From: a bacterium
Lineage (GTDB): Bacteria > UBA8248
Assembly: GCA_963692865.2 (NCBI GenBank)
Contig: OY843592.1
Location: 3,648,001-3,712,000 of the forward strand
Direction: 5' to 3'
Length of the DNA: 64,000 nt
The translations under genes were made by a program, and so were the position numbers. Positions 9,810 to 20,318 of the stretch are shown one piece after another. Under the pieces are notes generated by a model. The model was given only the letters and a program-made list of their open reading frames with translations, did no database searches and was not told the DNA's origin. Every line of letters starts with the position of its first letter. Within the stretch, counting starts at the first letter, position 1.

Positions 9810-11281
9810 ACGCCCTCTTCCCGCTCTTCGTCGTCTTGCCGCTGGCGGTGGGCACGTTCCTGTTCCTGGTGCGCAAGAACCGCGCGCTCCAGGAATCGGT
9901 GAGCATGCTGGCGCTTCTGGTGAACCTGATCCTGGCGGGGGTGCTCCTGAGCGCGACGGCGGACGGGACGATCTTCGTCCACCGGATGGGTCTGTGGCCC
10001 TTCCCCTACGCCATCGTCCTGGCGGCGGACAGGCTCGCCGCGACGCTATTGTGCCTCTCCTCCTCCATCGTGGGGGCGTGCGCCGTCTTCGCGAGGAGCT
10101 ATCTCACGGATGCGCAGCGCAAAGAGGCCTTTCACCCCCTGCTGCACTTCCTCCTCATGGGGATGCAGGGGTGCTTCATCACGGGCGACCTGTTCAACCT
10201 CTTCGTCTTCTTCGAGGTCATGCTCATGGCCACCTACGCATTGTTGGGCTTCTACTACAACCTCGACCAGCTCGAGATGGCCTTCAAGTACACCTGCATG
10301 AACCTGATCGCCTCGGCGCTCTTCCTGCTCGGCGTCTCGCTCCTCTACGCGCAGGTGGGCACGGTGAACATGGCCGATCTGGCCGTGAAGATAAAGCTCT
10401 TGGGCCCGACGCCGCTGATGGTGGTGACGGCCCTGGTGTTCGTATTCGTATTCAGCGTCAAGGCGGCGATATTCCCGATGCACCTGTGGCTGCCCTCCGC
10501 GCACTCGATATCGCCCACCCCCATCAGCGCGATCCTCGCGGGCGTGCTCGTCAAGGTGGGCATCTACTCCATCATCCGCTGCGCGACGCTCATCTTCCCG
10601 GCGGCGTTTTTGATACTGCAACCGGGGCTCATCGCCCTGTGCCTCCTGACCATCGCCATGGGCGCGCTCGGCACCCTGCCCCAGACGAGCATCAAGCGCG
10701 TCCTCGCCTACAGCACCATCAACCAGCTGGGCTACATCGCCTTCGGCGTCGCCCTGCTCTCCCAAGCCGGCCTCGCGGCGGCGGTCTTCTACATCGTCGG
10801 CCACGCGTATCTGAAGAGCGCGATGCTGCTCGGCGCGGGTCTCAACCAGAAGCTCACCGGCACGGTCGATCTCGAAGAGATGGGCGGCATGATGGGCAAG
10901 GCGCCCTTCGCGAGCCTGCTGATGCTGGTGGGGTTCCTGTCGCTGGCGGGCTTTCCGCCGTTCACGGGCTTTTTCGCCAAGCTCTTCGTGCTCCAGGCGG
11001 GCTTCGCACAGGGCGCGATACTCGCCACGGGGATCGCCCTGGGATTCGGCATCATATCGCTTTATTATAATTTCACGACGTACCAGCGCTACGCCTGGGG
11101 GACGGGCGGCGGCGAGGTCGGGACGGCGGGCGCAGGGATATACGGCTCGGTCGCCTTCCTCTCGGCCTTCGCGGTCGTCTTCGGGCTGGGCGCCTACTGG
11201 CTCTTCGAGTGGGCGCAGCTCGTGGCCGCCCAGATCACGAACCCCGAACTCTACATCGCCGCCATGCGGGATTTGGGATAG
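9806..11281 (+). CDS. mrpD: Mrp antiporter subunit D
   Basis: TGDLFNLFVFFEVML, KAAIFPMHLWLP, LAGFPPFTGFFAK. Confidence 0.95.
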   Translation: MNALFPLFVVLPLAVGTFLFLVRKNRALQESVSMLALLVNLILAGVLLSATADGTIFVHRMGLWPFPYAIVLAADRLAATLLCLSSSIVGACAVFARSYLTDAQRKEAFHPLLHFLLMGMQGCFITGDLFNLFVFFEVMLMATYALLGFYYNLDQLEMAFKYTCMNLIASALFLLGVSLLYAQVGTVNMADLAVKIKLLGPTPLMVVTALVFVFVFSVKAAIFPMHLWLPSAHSISPTPISAILAGVLVKVGIYSIIRCATLIFPAAFLILQPGLIALCLLTIAMGALGTLPQTSIKRVLAYSTINQLGYIAFGVALLSQAGLAAAVFYIVGHAYLKSAMLLGAGLNQKLTGTVDLEEMGGMMGKAPFASLLMLVGFLSLAGFPPFTGFFAKLFVLQAGFAQGAILATGIALGFGIISLYYNFTTYQRYAWGTGGGEVGTAGAGIYGSVAFLSAFAVVFGLGAYWLFEWAQLVAAQITNPELYIAAMRDLG

Positions 11282-11293
11282 GAGAGACGACCG

Positions 11294-11767
11294 ATGCCGC
11301 TCGCCACGCTCGCGTTCACCATCGCCACCATCTGGATATTCCTGCACGGGAGCGCGACGCCGGGGCATTTCTTCGTAGGCCTCGTCATGGCGCTCTTCAT
11401 CATCCGCTTCCTCAAGAAATCCTACTACCAGGACAGGACGTTCTTCCGCATCGGCAGCTATTTCAGATACTTGCGCAGCTTCACCTGGGAGTTGTTCATC
11501 GCCAACGTCCAGGTGCTGAAAATCGTGCTCGCCCCCCGGCTTTCGATACGCCCGGGCATCATCCCCTACAAGACGGTCTGCAAGACGCCCCTGGGCGTGA
11601 CGATGCTGGCGAATTCCATCACGCTCACGCCCGGCACGTTGAGCATCGACGTGTCGGACGACGACGAGACGATTTTCGTCCACACGCTCGACATCGACCA
11701 CCCCGACGAGGTGGCCGAGAGCATCCGGGAGGGGCTGGAAGAACCCATCGTGGGAGCCGTGGAATGA
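11294..11767 (+). CDS. mrpE: Mrp antiporter subunit E
   Basis: LANSITLTPGTLSIDV, FVHTLD. Confidence 0.93.
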   Translation: MPLATLAFTIATIWIFLHGSATPGHFFVGLVMALFIIRFLKKSYYQDRTFFRIGSYFRYLRSFTWELFIANVQVLKIVLAPRLSIRPGIIPYKTVCKTPLGVTMLANSITLTPGTLSIDVSDDDETIFVHTLDIDHPDEVAESIREGLEEPIVGAVE

Positions 11768-12033
11768 TAGAGACGGCCGTACAGATAAGCCTGCTCATGC
11801 TGGGCGCATCGGTGCTCCTCGCTTTCATCCGCCTCGCGAAGGGACCCACGACCTCGGACCGCGTGGTGGCGGCGGACACCCTCGCCACGAACGTGCTCGG
11901 CGTCATCGCGCTGTTCGCCGTCCAGACGCACAACAAGCTGTTCATCATCGCCGTGCTCGCCCTGGCCATCCTGAGCTTCGTGGGCACGACGGTCTACGCG
12001 AAGTTCCTGGAGAGGGGGAAGATCATTGAGTGA
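11764..12033 (+). CDS. mrpF: Mrp antiporter subunit F
   Basis: MIETAVQ...RLAKGPTTSDRVVAADT...AKFLERG; ATGA overlap. Confidence 0.92.
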   Translation: MIETAVQISLLMLGASVLLAFIRLAKGPTTSDRVVAADTLATNVLGVIALFAVQTHNKLFIIAVLALAILSFVGTTVYAKFLERGKIIE

Positions 12034-12397
12034 TGCGCTCGCCGCCTTCCTGCTGCTGGGGGGCTCGTTCTTCATGCTGGTCGCGAGCATCGGCCTCGTG
12101 CGCCTGCCCGACGTCTACTGCCGCATGCACGCCGCCACCAAGGCGACGACCTTCGGCATGGGCGGCATCCTCCTGGGTGCGAGCCTCATCTTCCAGAGCG
12201 CCGCCGTCACGACGCAGGCGCTTCTGGCCATTTTCTTCCTGTTCCTGACCGCGCCCGTCGCCGCGCACCTGATATCGAGGGCGGCCTACAAGCGCGGGCC
12301 CGACCTCTGCGCCGAGACGGCGCACGATGCATACGGAAAGTATCTGGAGGGCCAAAAGTCGGAGGAGAAGTCCCCCGACCAGTACGGGGACGCGTAG
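12026..12397 (+). CDS. mrpG: Mrp antiporter subunit G
   Basis: GLVRLPDVYCRMHAATKATT, LTAPVAAHLISRAAY. Confidence 0.93.
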   Translation: MSDALAAFLLLGGSFFMLVASIGLVRLPDVYCRMHAATKATTFGMGGILLGASLIFQSAAVTTQALLAIFFLFLTAPVAAHLISRAAYKRGPDLCAETAHDAYGKYLEGQKSEEKSPDQYGDA

Positions 12398-12413
12398 CAG
12401 ATCATCGCGAATC

Positions 12414-12520
12414 AGGGTTGTTGAAAAAGCCACCTGACAAAGGGGTTTGTAGGGGTCGCATACATGCGACCCGGCCTTTTTTCGCCGCCCAGCCATGGGC
12501 CGCATATATGCGGCCCCTAC
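12414..12520. repeat. Left TIR followed by a GTAG-type REPIN doublet
   Basis: AGGGTTGTTGAAAAAGCC (12414-12431); doublet 12449-12520 is the reverse-complement copy, including much of the spacer, of 25978-26048. Confidence 0.8.
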
Positions 12521-12671
12521 ACGAGCATTGACATCCCGACCAAGGGGGGATGGTTTCACAATCGTATGTCGATTGAAAAATCCATACCCCGTGATTGCGC
12601 ATTTGTTCCATCACGCCTAAAATCGGGCGCGTTTCTGCCGCCAATACCCATTCATACGGAGAAACGAACTC

Positions 12672-13271
12672 ATGAAACGATTTGCGAAATATGTCGTGAT
12701 GCTGATCGCGGCGGCATGGCTGACGGCGCCCGCCCTCTCGCACGCCGCCGAGTGGAGAATCGACGCCACCCACACGACAGTAAGCTTCAAGGTGCGCCAC
12801 CTGGGCGTCACCTGGGTGCGGGGGGAATTCCAAAAAGTGTCGGGCACGGTCCGCTACGACCGGAAGAACCCCGGCGCCTCGGCTGCGAACATCGTCATCG
12901 ACGCCGACTCGATCAACACGCGCAACGCGCGGCGCGACAACCACCTCCGGAACGACGACTTCCTGCTCGTCGAGAAGCATCCCTCCATCACGTTCAAGTC
13001 GAAATCCGTGAAGAATGCGGGCGCGGAGGGCCTCGACCTCGTCGGGGATCTGACCATCCGCGGCGTCACGCGAGAAGTGGTCCTCAAGGTGGCCGACATC
13101 AGCGGGGAGGTCGAAACGCGGCGGGGGACCTTGAAGATGGGCGCCAGCGCCGCCACGCGGATCAACCGCAAGGATTTCGGGGTGAAGTACAACCGCCTGC
13201 TCGAAGCGGGCGGGCTCGTCGTGGGCGACGAGGTGCGCATCACCATCGACGTGGAGTTGAACAAGCGATAG
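12672..13271 (+). CDS. yceI: YceI family periplasmic lipid/polyisoprenoid-binding protein
   Basis: Signal peptide; WRIDATHTTVSFKVRHLG, RDNHLRNDDF, GDLTIRGVTREV, INRKDFG. Confidence 0.92.
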   Translation: MKRFAKYVVMLIAAAWLTAPALSHAAEWRIDATHTTVSFKVRHLGVTWVRGEFQKVSGTVRYDRKNPGASAANIVIDADSINTRNARRDNHLRNDDFLLVEKHPSITFKSKSVKNAGAEGLDLVGDLTIRGVTREVVLKVADISGEVETRRGTLKMGASAATRINRKDFGVKYNRLLEAGGLVVGDEVRITIDVELNKR

Positions 13272-13419
13272 CGCGAGGGCGCTCCGCACGGATAGCTTCC
13301 GCCGCTTTTTTTGGCGTTTTGTGGTATACTCGCGCCATCCGAAATAGGTCTCACTTAATAGAATTTCACAGACAACCCCGCACAAGACCCCCTTTGGGGA
13401 AAATGAGGAGGATAATCCT

Positions 13420-14769
13420 ATGACAATCAAGAGAACGACTCTCTGGACCATCGCGTTCGGCTTGGCGCTGGCCGTCCTGGCGGCGCCCCTCGGCGCGGGC
13501 GCGCTCGAGAAGAAGCTCGTCATCGTCACGTCCTACCCGCCGGACACGACGACCACCGTCAAGAAGGCTTTCGAGAAGAAACACCCCGGCGTCAAGGTCG
13601 AGATGCTCAAGAAAAAGACCACCGCCGGCATCAAGTACTTACAAGAAACCGCCTCCAACAACCGCTCCGACATGTTCTGGGCATCCGCGCCCGACGCCTT
13701 CGAGGTGCTGAAGGGCGACAACCTGCTCCAGAAATACAAGGTCAAGATCAAGGGCATTCCCAAGAAGGTGGGCGCTTTCCCGATCAACGACCCCGAGGGC
13801 TACTACAAGGGGTTCGCGGCCTCGGGCTACGGCATCATGTGGAACACCCGCTACCTCAAGGCCAAGAAGCTGCCCGCGCCCGGGACCTGGGCCGATCTGG
13901 CCAAGCCCGTCTACCACGGCCACGTCGGCATGAGCGCGCCCTCGCGCTCGGGCACCACCCACCTCACCGTCGAGACCCTCCTGCAGGGCAAGGGCTGGGA
14001 GAAGGGCTGGGCCGAGTGGAAGGCCATCGCAGGGAACTTCAAGACAGTCACCGAGCGCAGCTTCGGCGTGCCCGACGGCGTGAACTCCGGCCAGTTCGGC
14101 CTGGGCATCGTGATCGACTTCTTCGGCCTCTCGTCGGAGGCTTCGGGCTTCCCCGTAAAGTTCATCTACCCGCCGGTGACGACGCTGGTGCCCGCGAACA
14201 TCGCCATCGTCAAGAACGCGCCGCATCCCAAGGCCGCGGCGGCGTTCATCGAGTTCCTGCTCTCGCCCCCGGGCCAGGAAGTGCTGCTCAACCCGAAAAT
14301 CAGGCGCCTGCCCGTCAACCCGGCGACCTACGCCAAGGCGCCCGCCGACTTCCCGAACCCGTTCAAGGACAAGTCCATCGGCGCGGCGGTCAAGTTCGAC
14401 TTGCAACTTTCGAAGGGCCGCTACAACGTCATCAACTCGCTGTTCGACGTGATGGTCACCTACCGCCTGAGCGATCTGCGCGCGGCGACCAAGGCCATCC
14501 AGACCGCCGAGGCGCAAATGGGCGGCAAGAAGAACGCCGCGGCCAGGAAGCTGATCGACGAGGCGAAGGCGCTCGTCGCCAAGGTGCCCATCACCGCCGC
14601 CCAGGCGAGCAAGAAGGAATTCAACGCGATCTTCAAGAAAAAGCGCAAGAAGGCGACCACGAAGGTGACGGGCCGCCAGGCCGAGATCGAACGTGAATGG
14701 GACGCGCAGGTCAAGGCCAACTACGCCAGGGCGAAGGCGCTGGCCGTGAAGGCGGCGTCCATGCTCTAG
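13420..14769 (+). CDS. ABC transporter substrate-binding protein (Fe3+/PgtC-like family)
   Basis: Signal peptide; DMFWASAPDAF, MSAPSRSGTTH, IVKNAPHPKAAAAFIEFLLS; first gene of an ABC operon. Confidence 0.85.
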   Translation: MTIKRTTLWTIAFGLALAVLAAPLGAGALEKKLVIVTSYPPDTTTTVKKAFEKKHPGVKVEMLKKKTTAGIKYLQETASNNRSDMFWASAPDAFEVLKGDNLLQKYKVKIKGIPKKVGAFPINDPEGYYKGFAASGYGIMWNTRYLKAKKLPAPGTWADLAKPVYHGHVGMSAPSRSGTTHLTVETLLQGKGWEKGWAEWKAIAGNFKTVTERSFGVPDGVNSGQFGLGIVIDFFGLSSEASGFPVKFIYPPVTTLVPANIAIVKNAPHPKAAAAFIEFLLSPPGQEVLLNPKIRRLPVNPATYAKAPADFPNPFKDKSIGAAVKFDLQLSKGRYNVINSLFDVMVTYRLSDLRAATKAIQTAEAQMGGKKNAAARKLIDEAKALVAKVPITAAQASKKEFNAIFKKKRKKATTKVTGRQAEIEREWDAQVKANYARAKALAVKAASML

Positions 14770-14799
14770 CCTTCGGGCCGGCGCGGAGAAGGGGGAAGA

Positions 14800-16515
14800 A
14801 TGTCTCTGGAAGCGATGGCGCGCGGCCAGTGGGGGCCGGCGGCGGTGGGCCTCATCGTCGGTCTGTTCCTGCTCGCCTTCCTGGTCGTGCCCGTCGTGAA
14901 CGTGATATACGTCGCCTTCCAGGACCCGAACACGGGCGCGCTGACGCTCATCAACTTCGTCGACTTCTTCCGCAACAACCTGTTTCAGGAATCCGCCCTC
15001 AACTCGATCTACGTCGCCTTGATGTCGGTGGTGCTGGCGTCGTGCTTCGCGCTGCCGCTCTCCTATTTCACGACCCGCTTCAATTTCGGCGGCGCCATCC
15101 TCATCCAGACCCTCGGCGTGCTCCCGCTCATCATGCCGCCCTTCGTAGGCGCCGTGGCGATGCTCCTCCTGCTCGGCGAGAACGGATCGGTCAACCTGCT
15201 GCTGGATGAGTGGTTCGGCTTCACCATCCCCTTCATGGAAGGGCTGAACGGCGTCATCCTGGTCGAGAGCATCCACTATTTCCCGTTCATCCTCATGAAT
15301 CTTTCGGCCTCGCTCAACAACATCGACCGGGCAATGGAGGAATCCGCACAGAACCTGGGCGCCAGCGGGGTGCGCCTGTTCCGGCGCATCGTGTTCCCGC
15401 TGGCCATGCCCGGCTACGTCGCGGGCGCGTCCCTCGTGTTCCTCAAGGTGTTCGACGACATCGGCACGCCGCTATTGCTCAACATCAACAACATGCTGGC
15501 GCCCCAGGCGTATCTCCGCATCGCTTCCATCGGCATATCGGACCCGATGGGCTACGTGATCTCGGTCATCCTCGTCATATTCTCCCTGCTGGCGCTCTGG
15601 ATCTCGTTCCTGGCGCTTCGGGGCAAGGACTACGCCACCGTCCAGAAGGGCGGCGGCGGGCTGATGAAGCGCGACCTGCGGCCCTGGGAGAAGGCCGTCT
15701 GCTACGGCGTCGTCATCTTCATCCTGCTTTTGGTGCTCTCGCCGCACTTCGGCCTCGCCATTCTTTCTCTCGGCACGGTCTGGTCGTTCAGCGTGCTGCC
15801 CGACGCCTATACTTACGCGCACTATATGCGGGTGGTCTCGGAATCATCGGAGTTCATCACGAACACGCTGCTATACGCCGGCCTCGCCGCGGGGATCGAC
15901 GTCCTCTTCGGCACGGCCATCGCCTATATCGTCCTGCGCACGAATCTGGCCGCCCGGCAGTGGCTGGACTACGCCGCGATGGGGGCGGTGGCGATTCCCG
16001 GCGTGGTGCTCGGCATCGGCTATCTGCGCACGTTCTACGCGTTCAACGTGCCGATCATCGACAAGCCCCTGGCGTCGTGGTGGGTCATCATCGTCGTCGC
16101 CCTCGCCATCCGGCGCCTGCCCTACGCGCTGCGCGCCTGCGTCGCGGCGTTGCAGCAGCTCAGCGTCATGCTCGAAGAGGCCGCCGAGAACCTGGGAGCG
16201 ACCAAGGGCCGCACCATCCGCCGGATCGTCGTGCCGCTCATGTCGGGCGGCATCGTGGCGGGCTTCGTCACCAGCTTCGCCACCGCGTCGGTCGAGTTGT
16301 CCACGACCATCATGCTGGTGTCGCAGGAATCGGACGCCCCGCTCGCATTCGGCATCTACGAGTTCATGCAGTCAGCGGCGGGACGCGGCCCGGGCGCGGC
16401 GCTGGGCATCATCGCCGTGGTCATCGTCGGGGTCGCGACCTACGTCTCGCACCGCTTCATCCAGCGCAAAGAGACGCGCCAGACGCCGGATATGGCCATC
16501 GCCGCAGGAGTCTGA
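14800..16515 (+). CDS. ABC transporter permease (FbpB-type, two EAA modules)
   Basis: 571 aa hydrophobic; EESAQNLGA and EEAAENLGA motifs. Confidence 0.9.
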   Translation: MSLEAMARGQWGPAAVGLIVGLFLLAFLVVPVVNVIYVAFQDPNTGALTLINFVDFFRNNLFQESALNSIYVALMSVVLASCFALPLSYFTTRFNFGGAILIQTLGVLPLIMPPFVGAVAMLLLLGENGSVNLLLDEWFGFTIPFMEGLNGVILVESIHYFPFILMNLSASLNNIDRAMEESAQNLGASGVRLFRRIVFPLAMPGYVAGASLVFLKVFDDIGTPLLLNINNMLAPQAYLRIASIGISDPMGYVISVILVIFSLLALWISFLALRGKDYATVQKGGGGLMKRDLRPWEKAVCYGVVIFILLLVLSPHFGLAILSLGTVWSFSVLPDAYTYAHYMRVVSESSEFITNTLLYAGLAAGIDVLFGTAIAYIVLRTNLAARQWLDYAAMGAVAIPGVVLGIGYLRTFYAFNVPIIDKPLASWWVIIVVALAIRRLPYALRACVAALQQLSVMLEEAAENLGATKGRTIRRIVVPLMSGGIVAGFVTSFATASVELSTTIMLVSQESDAPLAFGIYEFMQSAAGRGPGAALGIIAVVIVGVATYVSHRFIQRKETRQTPDMAIAAGV

Positions 16516-16517
16516 GA

Positions 16518-17600
16518 ATGACATCATTACACGCCGCAAGCGTCGTCATCGAACGGTTGAGCCTCGCCTACGATGCGACCGACGTGCTCAAGGACGTGAA
16601 CCTGCGCATCGAACCGGGCGAGTTGTTCACCTTCCTGGGACCGTCGGGCTCCGGCAAATCGACCCTGCTGCGCGCGGTCGCCGGCTTCGGCCCCACGCCC
16701 AGGGGGCGCATCCTGATCGGAGAAGACGACGTGACGCGCCTCCCGCCGTGGCGGCGCAACGTCGGCATGGTGTTCCAGTCCTACGCGCTCTGGCCGCACA
16801 TGACGGTGCGCAGAAACGTCGCCTTCGGCCTGGAGGAGCGCAAGACGCCCGCCGCCGAGATACCGAAGCGCGTCGACGCCGCACTCGATATGGTCGGGCT
16901 TCTGGAGTTCGGCGAGCGGCGCCCCTCGCAGCTGTCCGGCGGACAGCAGCAACGGGTCGCGCTGGCCCGCACCATCGTCGTCGAACCCCGCGTGCTCCTG
17001 CTGGATGAGCCGCTCTCGAACCTGGACGCCAACCTGCGCGTGCAGATGCGCCGCGAGATTCTGGACTTACAGCGCGAACTGGAACTCACCACCATCTTCG
17101 TCACCCACGACCAGGAGGAAGCCAACACCATCTCGGATCGCATCGCCGTGCTCGACGGCGGCGTCCTCCAGCAGGTGGGACAGCCCATGGAACTCTACGA
17201 CGAGCCGGTCAACCGCTTCGTCGCCCACTTCCTGGGCACGGCGAACCTCATGGACGGGCGGGTCGAGACGGGGACGGAGGGGGCGCGCTTCGCCACGGCC
17301 GGCGGCATCGTCTTCCCGCTCGCGGGAGAAGCCCTTGCGGCAGGCGAAAACCGGACCGCCGTGTTCCGGCCGCAGGACGTGGCGGTCGCAGCGCCGGGCG
17401 AGACGCTTCCCGGAATCGTCCTGACGGGCCGGGTGCGGCACCGCGAGTTCCTCGGCAACCTCCTGCGCTACAGCGTCGCGGTCGGCGAGGACACCCTGCT
17501 GGTGGACGACACCCACCACCCGGGCCGCCGAGCCTTCGCCGTGGGCGATGAGGTCGCCCTGGGCCTGGGCGGAGAGCAGATACGCATTCTCGAACCTTGA
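16518..17600 (+). CDS. ABC transporter ATP-binding protein (PotA/FbpC-type, TOBE domain)
   Basis: GPSGSGKS, LSGGQQQR, LLLDEP, VTHDQ. Confidence 0.92.
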   Translation: MTSLHAASVVIERLSLAYDATDVLKDVNLRIEPGELFTFLGPSGSGKSTLLRAVAGFGPTPRGRILIGEDDVTRLPPWRRNVGMVFQSYALWPHMTVRRNVAFGLEERKTPAAEIPKRVDAALDMVGLLEFGERRPSQLSGGQQQRVALARTIVVEPRVLLLDEPLSNLDANLRVQMRREILDLQRELELTTIFVTHDQEEANTISDRIAVLDGGVLQQVGQPMELYDEPVNRFVAHFLGTANLMDGRVETGTEGARFATAGGIVFPLAGEALAAGENRTAVFRPQDVAVAAPGETLPGIVLTGRVRHREFLGNLLRYSVAVGEDTLLVDDTHHPGRRAFAVGDEVALGLGGEQIRILEP

Positions 17601-17660
17601 AAAGCGGCGCACCGCAAATTCCCGTAAATCCGAGAACGCATACCCGGACAATACAATTCA

Positions 17661-17763
17661 AACCCCCGCGCAGGGGGTTGTTGAAAAAGTCCTGATTTCG
17701 CGGTTTGGCGGGTGCGTAGCGGACAGGCCCTTTGGCCTGTCCGAGGCCGCGACCCGTCCCTAC
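17661..17763. repeat. Solo left TIR plus degenerate GTAGGGAC-type REP
   Basis: AACCCCC-GCGCA-GGGGGTTGTTGAAAAAGTCCTGATTTC, with the same post-TIR sequence as 34845 and 39302; GGACAGGCC...GGCCTGTCC hairpin. Confidence 0.7.
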
Positions 17764-18662
17764 GCCAACGCCTCATCCACGAAGCGCATGTCCACGGCCT
17801 CATCATACGAGACGCCCGTGGAGATCAGACCCCCGCTCAGGCACGCGGCCCGGAGCCACTCGAAGCTCTCCCGCGCAAGGTACGGCTCTTCGTTCCACAG
17901 GCCGAGGCTCTTGTAGCGCGCGACCGCCGCCGTCAGAAGATCGAAATCCATATCCCCGAACCAGGGCGCAACGAGCCGGGCGACGGCTTCGGCGTCGTTC
18001 TCCGCGAGCCAGCGTTCGGTCTTACGCATGGCGCGCGTCATGCCGAGGGCGGCTTCGGGCTGCTCCCGCAGGAACGAGTCCGACGCGTAGAACGCCGTGT
18101 AGGTCGTGAGGCCGCGCTCCGCCGCCTGATACCAGGCGTGGCCCGCGCCCTCCCGGATCAATTCCTCCGCGAATGGCTGGAACACCTGAATGACGTCCAC
18201 CTCGCCCGCGCGCAGGGCGTCGGCGTTATCGCCCATCGTCCGGTCCGGGATTCTGTTCAGCGCATCCGGCTCCAGCCCCGCCAGGCGCAGGTCGTGCTGG
18301 AGGCACATCCAGGGGGTGGGCACCTCGCTCACCGTGGCGATTTTGGGGCCCGCCAGATCGCTCATCCGGAAAGCCGGGTTCGGCTCGCGCCCGATGAGAA
18401 AAAACGGGTCGCGGCGAACGACCTCGCAGAACACCTTGAGGCCGCAGTCCGGGTCCCTGTCATAAGCCACCAGGACGCGCATGGGGCCGCCCCAGCTCAC
18501 CTGCGCCTCGCCGGAGGCGAGCAGACTCGCGTTCCGGGCGGGGTCGGGCGAGGTCTCCATGCGAACGTCGGCGCCCTCCTCCTCGTAGGCCCCCAGACCG
18601 GATGCGGCGTAGAACGGCGTGTAGAAAACGGCCCTGAAATTCTCGAGCAGCGTGATGCTCAC
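17760..18662 (-). CDS. NMT1/THI5/SsuA-like substrate-binding protein without an evident signal peptide
   Basis: ENFRAVFYTPFYAA, SWGGPMR, DVIQVFQPFA. Confidence 0.8.
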   Translation of the reverse strand: MSITLLENFRAVFYTPFYAASGLGAYEEEGADVRMETSPDPARNASLLASGEAQVSWGGPMRVLVAYDRDPDCGLKVFCEVVRRDPFFLIGREPNPAFRMSDLAGPKIATVSEVPTPWMCLQHDLRLAGLEPDALNRIPDRTMGDNADALRAGEVDVIQVFQPFAEELIREGAGHAWYQAAERGLTTYTAFYASDSFLREQPEAALGMTRAMRKTERWLAENDAEAVARLVAPWFGDMDFDLLTAAVARYKSLGLWNEEPYLARESFEWLRAACLSGGLISTGVSYDEAVDMRFVDEALA

Positions 18663-18710
18663 ATGAACCTCCTTACAGGTGTGAATAACGAATCTATCTA
18701 ACGACTCTAC

Positions 18711-19934
18711 TCAGAGAATCGGCGTTATGGTCTTCGACATCAACTCGCGCTCGTCTATTTCGAATATCTCCGCCAGCCAGTCGGCGAGAATCTCCTGGCC
18801 GATGGTGGGGTTGTCGTGCTGGCAGTGGTCGGCGCCGGTCTCTTCTTGATCGACGAGCCTGAGCGTCACGTCCACGCCGGCGTCTTTGGCGGCATCATAG
18901 ACCCTGCGCGCCTGGGCCACGCCGAGCACGTCGTAGCCCCCGTGGACGATGAGGTAGGGACACTTCATGCGCCCGATGTGGCCTTCCAGCGTATAGGGGG
19001 CGAGCTTCTCGACGGCTTCCTTGACGCTTTTCGCGCCGAATACCCACTTGATGGAATCGGCCAGGCGGTGCTCCTCGCCCGCGTCGCGCCATGTGTCATG
19101 CAGGCTCCACCCGGCGGTGTGGGAGAGCGCGGCGGCGAGCCTGTGCTCGTAACACGCCGCCCGGGCGGCGAAATGGCCTCCGATGCCTCCGCCGCAGACG
19201 GCGACCCGAGAGGCGTCCACATCCCCCCTGCCCTCCAGATAGTCGATGCAGCGGCCCACGGGAACCTCGTAGTCGTGGCGGCTGGTGACGCCCCCCCGCC
19301 TCAGCGTGCCGCCCTGGCCGGGGCCGTCGATCATCAGGACCGATACGCCGCGCTGCAGGAAACCCCGGCCCGCCATAAACCACATCTCGTCCTTGTAGGC
19401 GTCCAGGCCGCCGAAGCTGATGACGGCGGGTTGTTTCTCCACCCCGAAGGGCGCGGGCGCGAAATAGGCGTCCAGGTGCGCGCCGTTCTCGTAAGGGACG
19501 CGCACCACCTCGCCGGGCGGCGTGAGATGGGCGAGAAACGCCTTCGAGCACGCCTCCACCTTCTCGAAGGTCTCGAGCCTGCGCGGGTCGTCGGACGCGA
19601 GCCAGAACTCGGCGCTCCTGTAGTAATCCGCCGCGCGCAGCCAGCAGTTGCGCGCCGTCTGGATGCGCCCCGCGGCGGCGGCCGCATCCCCTCTCTCGCG
19701 GTTCCGGTCTCCTACCCGCGTCCACTCGGCGTGCCAGCTCTCGTTGTCGCCGGGCGTCATGCGGCTCGCCGCCTGGAAGCACTCGCTCACCGAGCCGCCG
19801 CCTTCCTGCGTCTCGCCCAGGGCGCGCCTGAACTGATAGGACATCCAGGGATGCTCGGGCCAGTGGTGCCAGCCGTAGGGTTCGTAGTGCGGCCCCCGGG
19901 ATTCGTCGATCCGGTCGATCGCTTTTTCTTCCAT
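18711..19934 (-). CDS. Alpha/beta hydrolase (FrsA / 2,6-dihydroxypseudooxynicotine hydrolase-like) lacking the nucleophile Ser
   Basis: FGGLDAYKDE, IDGPGQG, GGYD, GADHCQ; nucleophile elbow reads CGGGIGG. Confidence 0.8.
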   Translation of the reverse strand: MEEKAIDRIDESRGPHYEPYGWHHWPEHPWMSYQFRRALGETQEGGGSVSECFQAASRMTPGDNESWHAEWTRVGDRNRERGDAAAAAGRIQTARNCWLRAADYYRSAEFWLASDDPRRLETFEKVEACSKAFLAHLTPPGEVVRVPYENGAHLDAYFAPAPFGVEKQPAVISFGGLDAYKDEMWFMAGRGFLQRGVSVLMIDGPGQGGTLRRGGVTSRHDYEVPVGRCIDYLEGRGDVDASRVAVCGGGIGGHFAARAACYEHRLAAALSHTAGWSLHDTWRDAGEEHRLADSIKWVFGAKSVKEAVEKLAPYTLEGHIGRMKCPYLIVHGGYDVLGVAQARRVYDAAKDAGVDVTLRLVDQEETGADHCQHDNPTIGQEILADWLAEIFEIDERELMSKTITPIL

Positions 19935-20318
19935 GAGGAACCCTCCCTGTGGTCTGCCGGGAATGGCGGCGCGTCCGCCCGGTCGGCGGATGGAAGAGAC
20001 TGCCCCCGCGCGAGCGGAAGTGAAATCAGATGGTGAACGATATCCGCCTTGTACTCAAGCGAAACGCACCGCCGACCAAGCGGCCCCCGAACCGTCCCGC
20101 CGCCCTATGCGCAAGCGTCGGATCCAGCCACGGGGGCTCTCCTTAACACATTGCCCCTTAGCACAACAGTGTCAGAGTTTTCGTCATCAATTCCCGATCG
20201 TCGATCCATAGAGCGTTAAAAAAAGAGAACCGACCTGCAATGTGATCCGCCCATTGGGGCACTTCCCAGAAATCCCGATGTTCAGTACCCAGAGAGAGCA
20301 ACTGCACCCAGACAAACC

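Noticed and set aside
12414-13379. yceI mobilised between the left TIR at 12414 and TTTCACAGACAACCCC at 13364-13379
   Set aside because: The putative right end matches the consensus poorly and there is no target duplication
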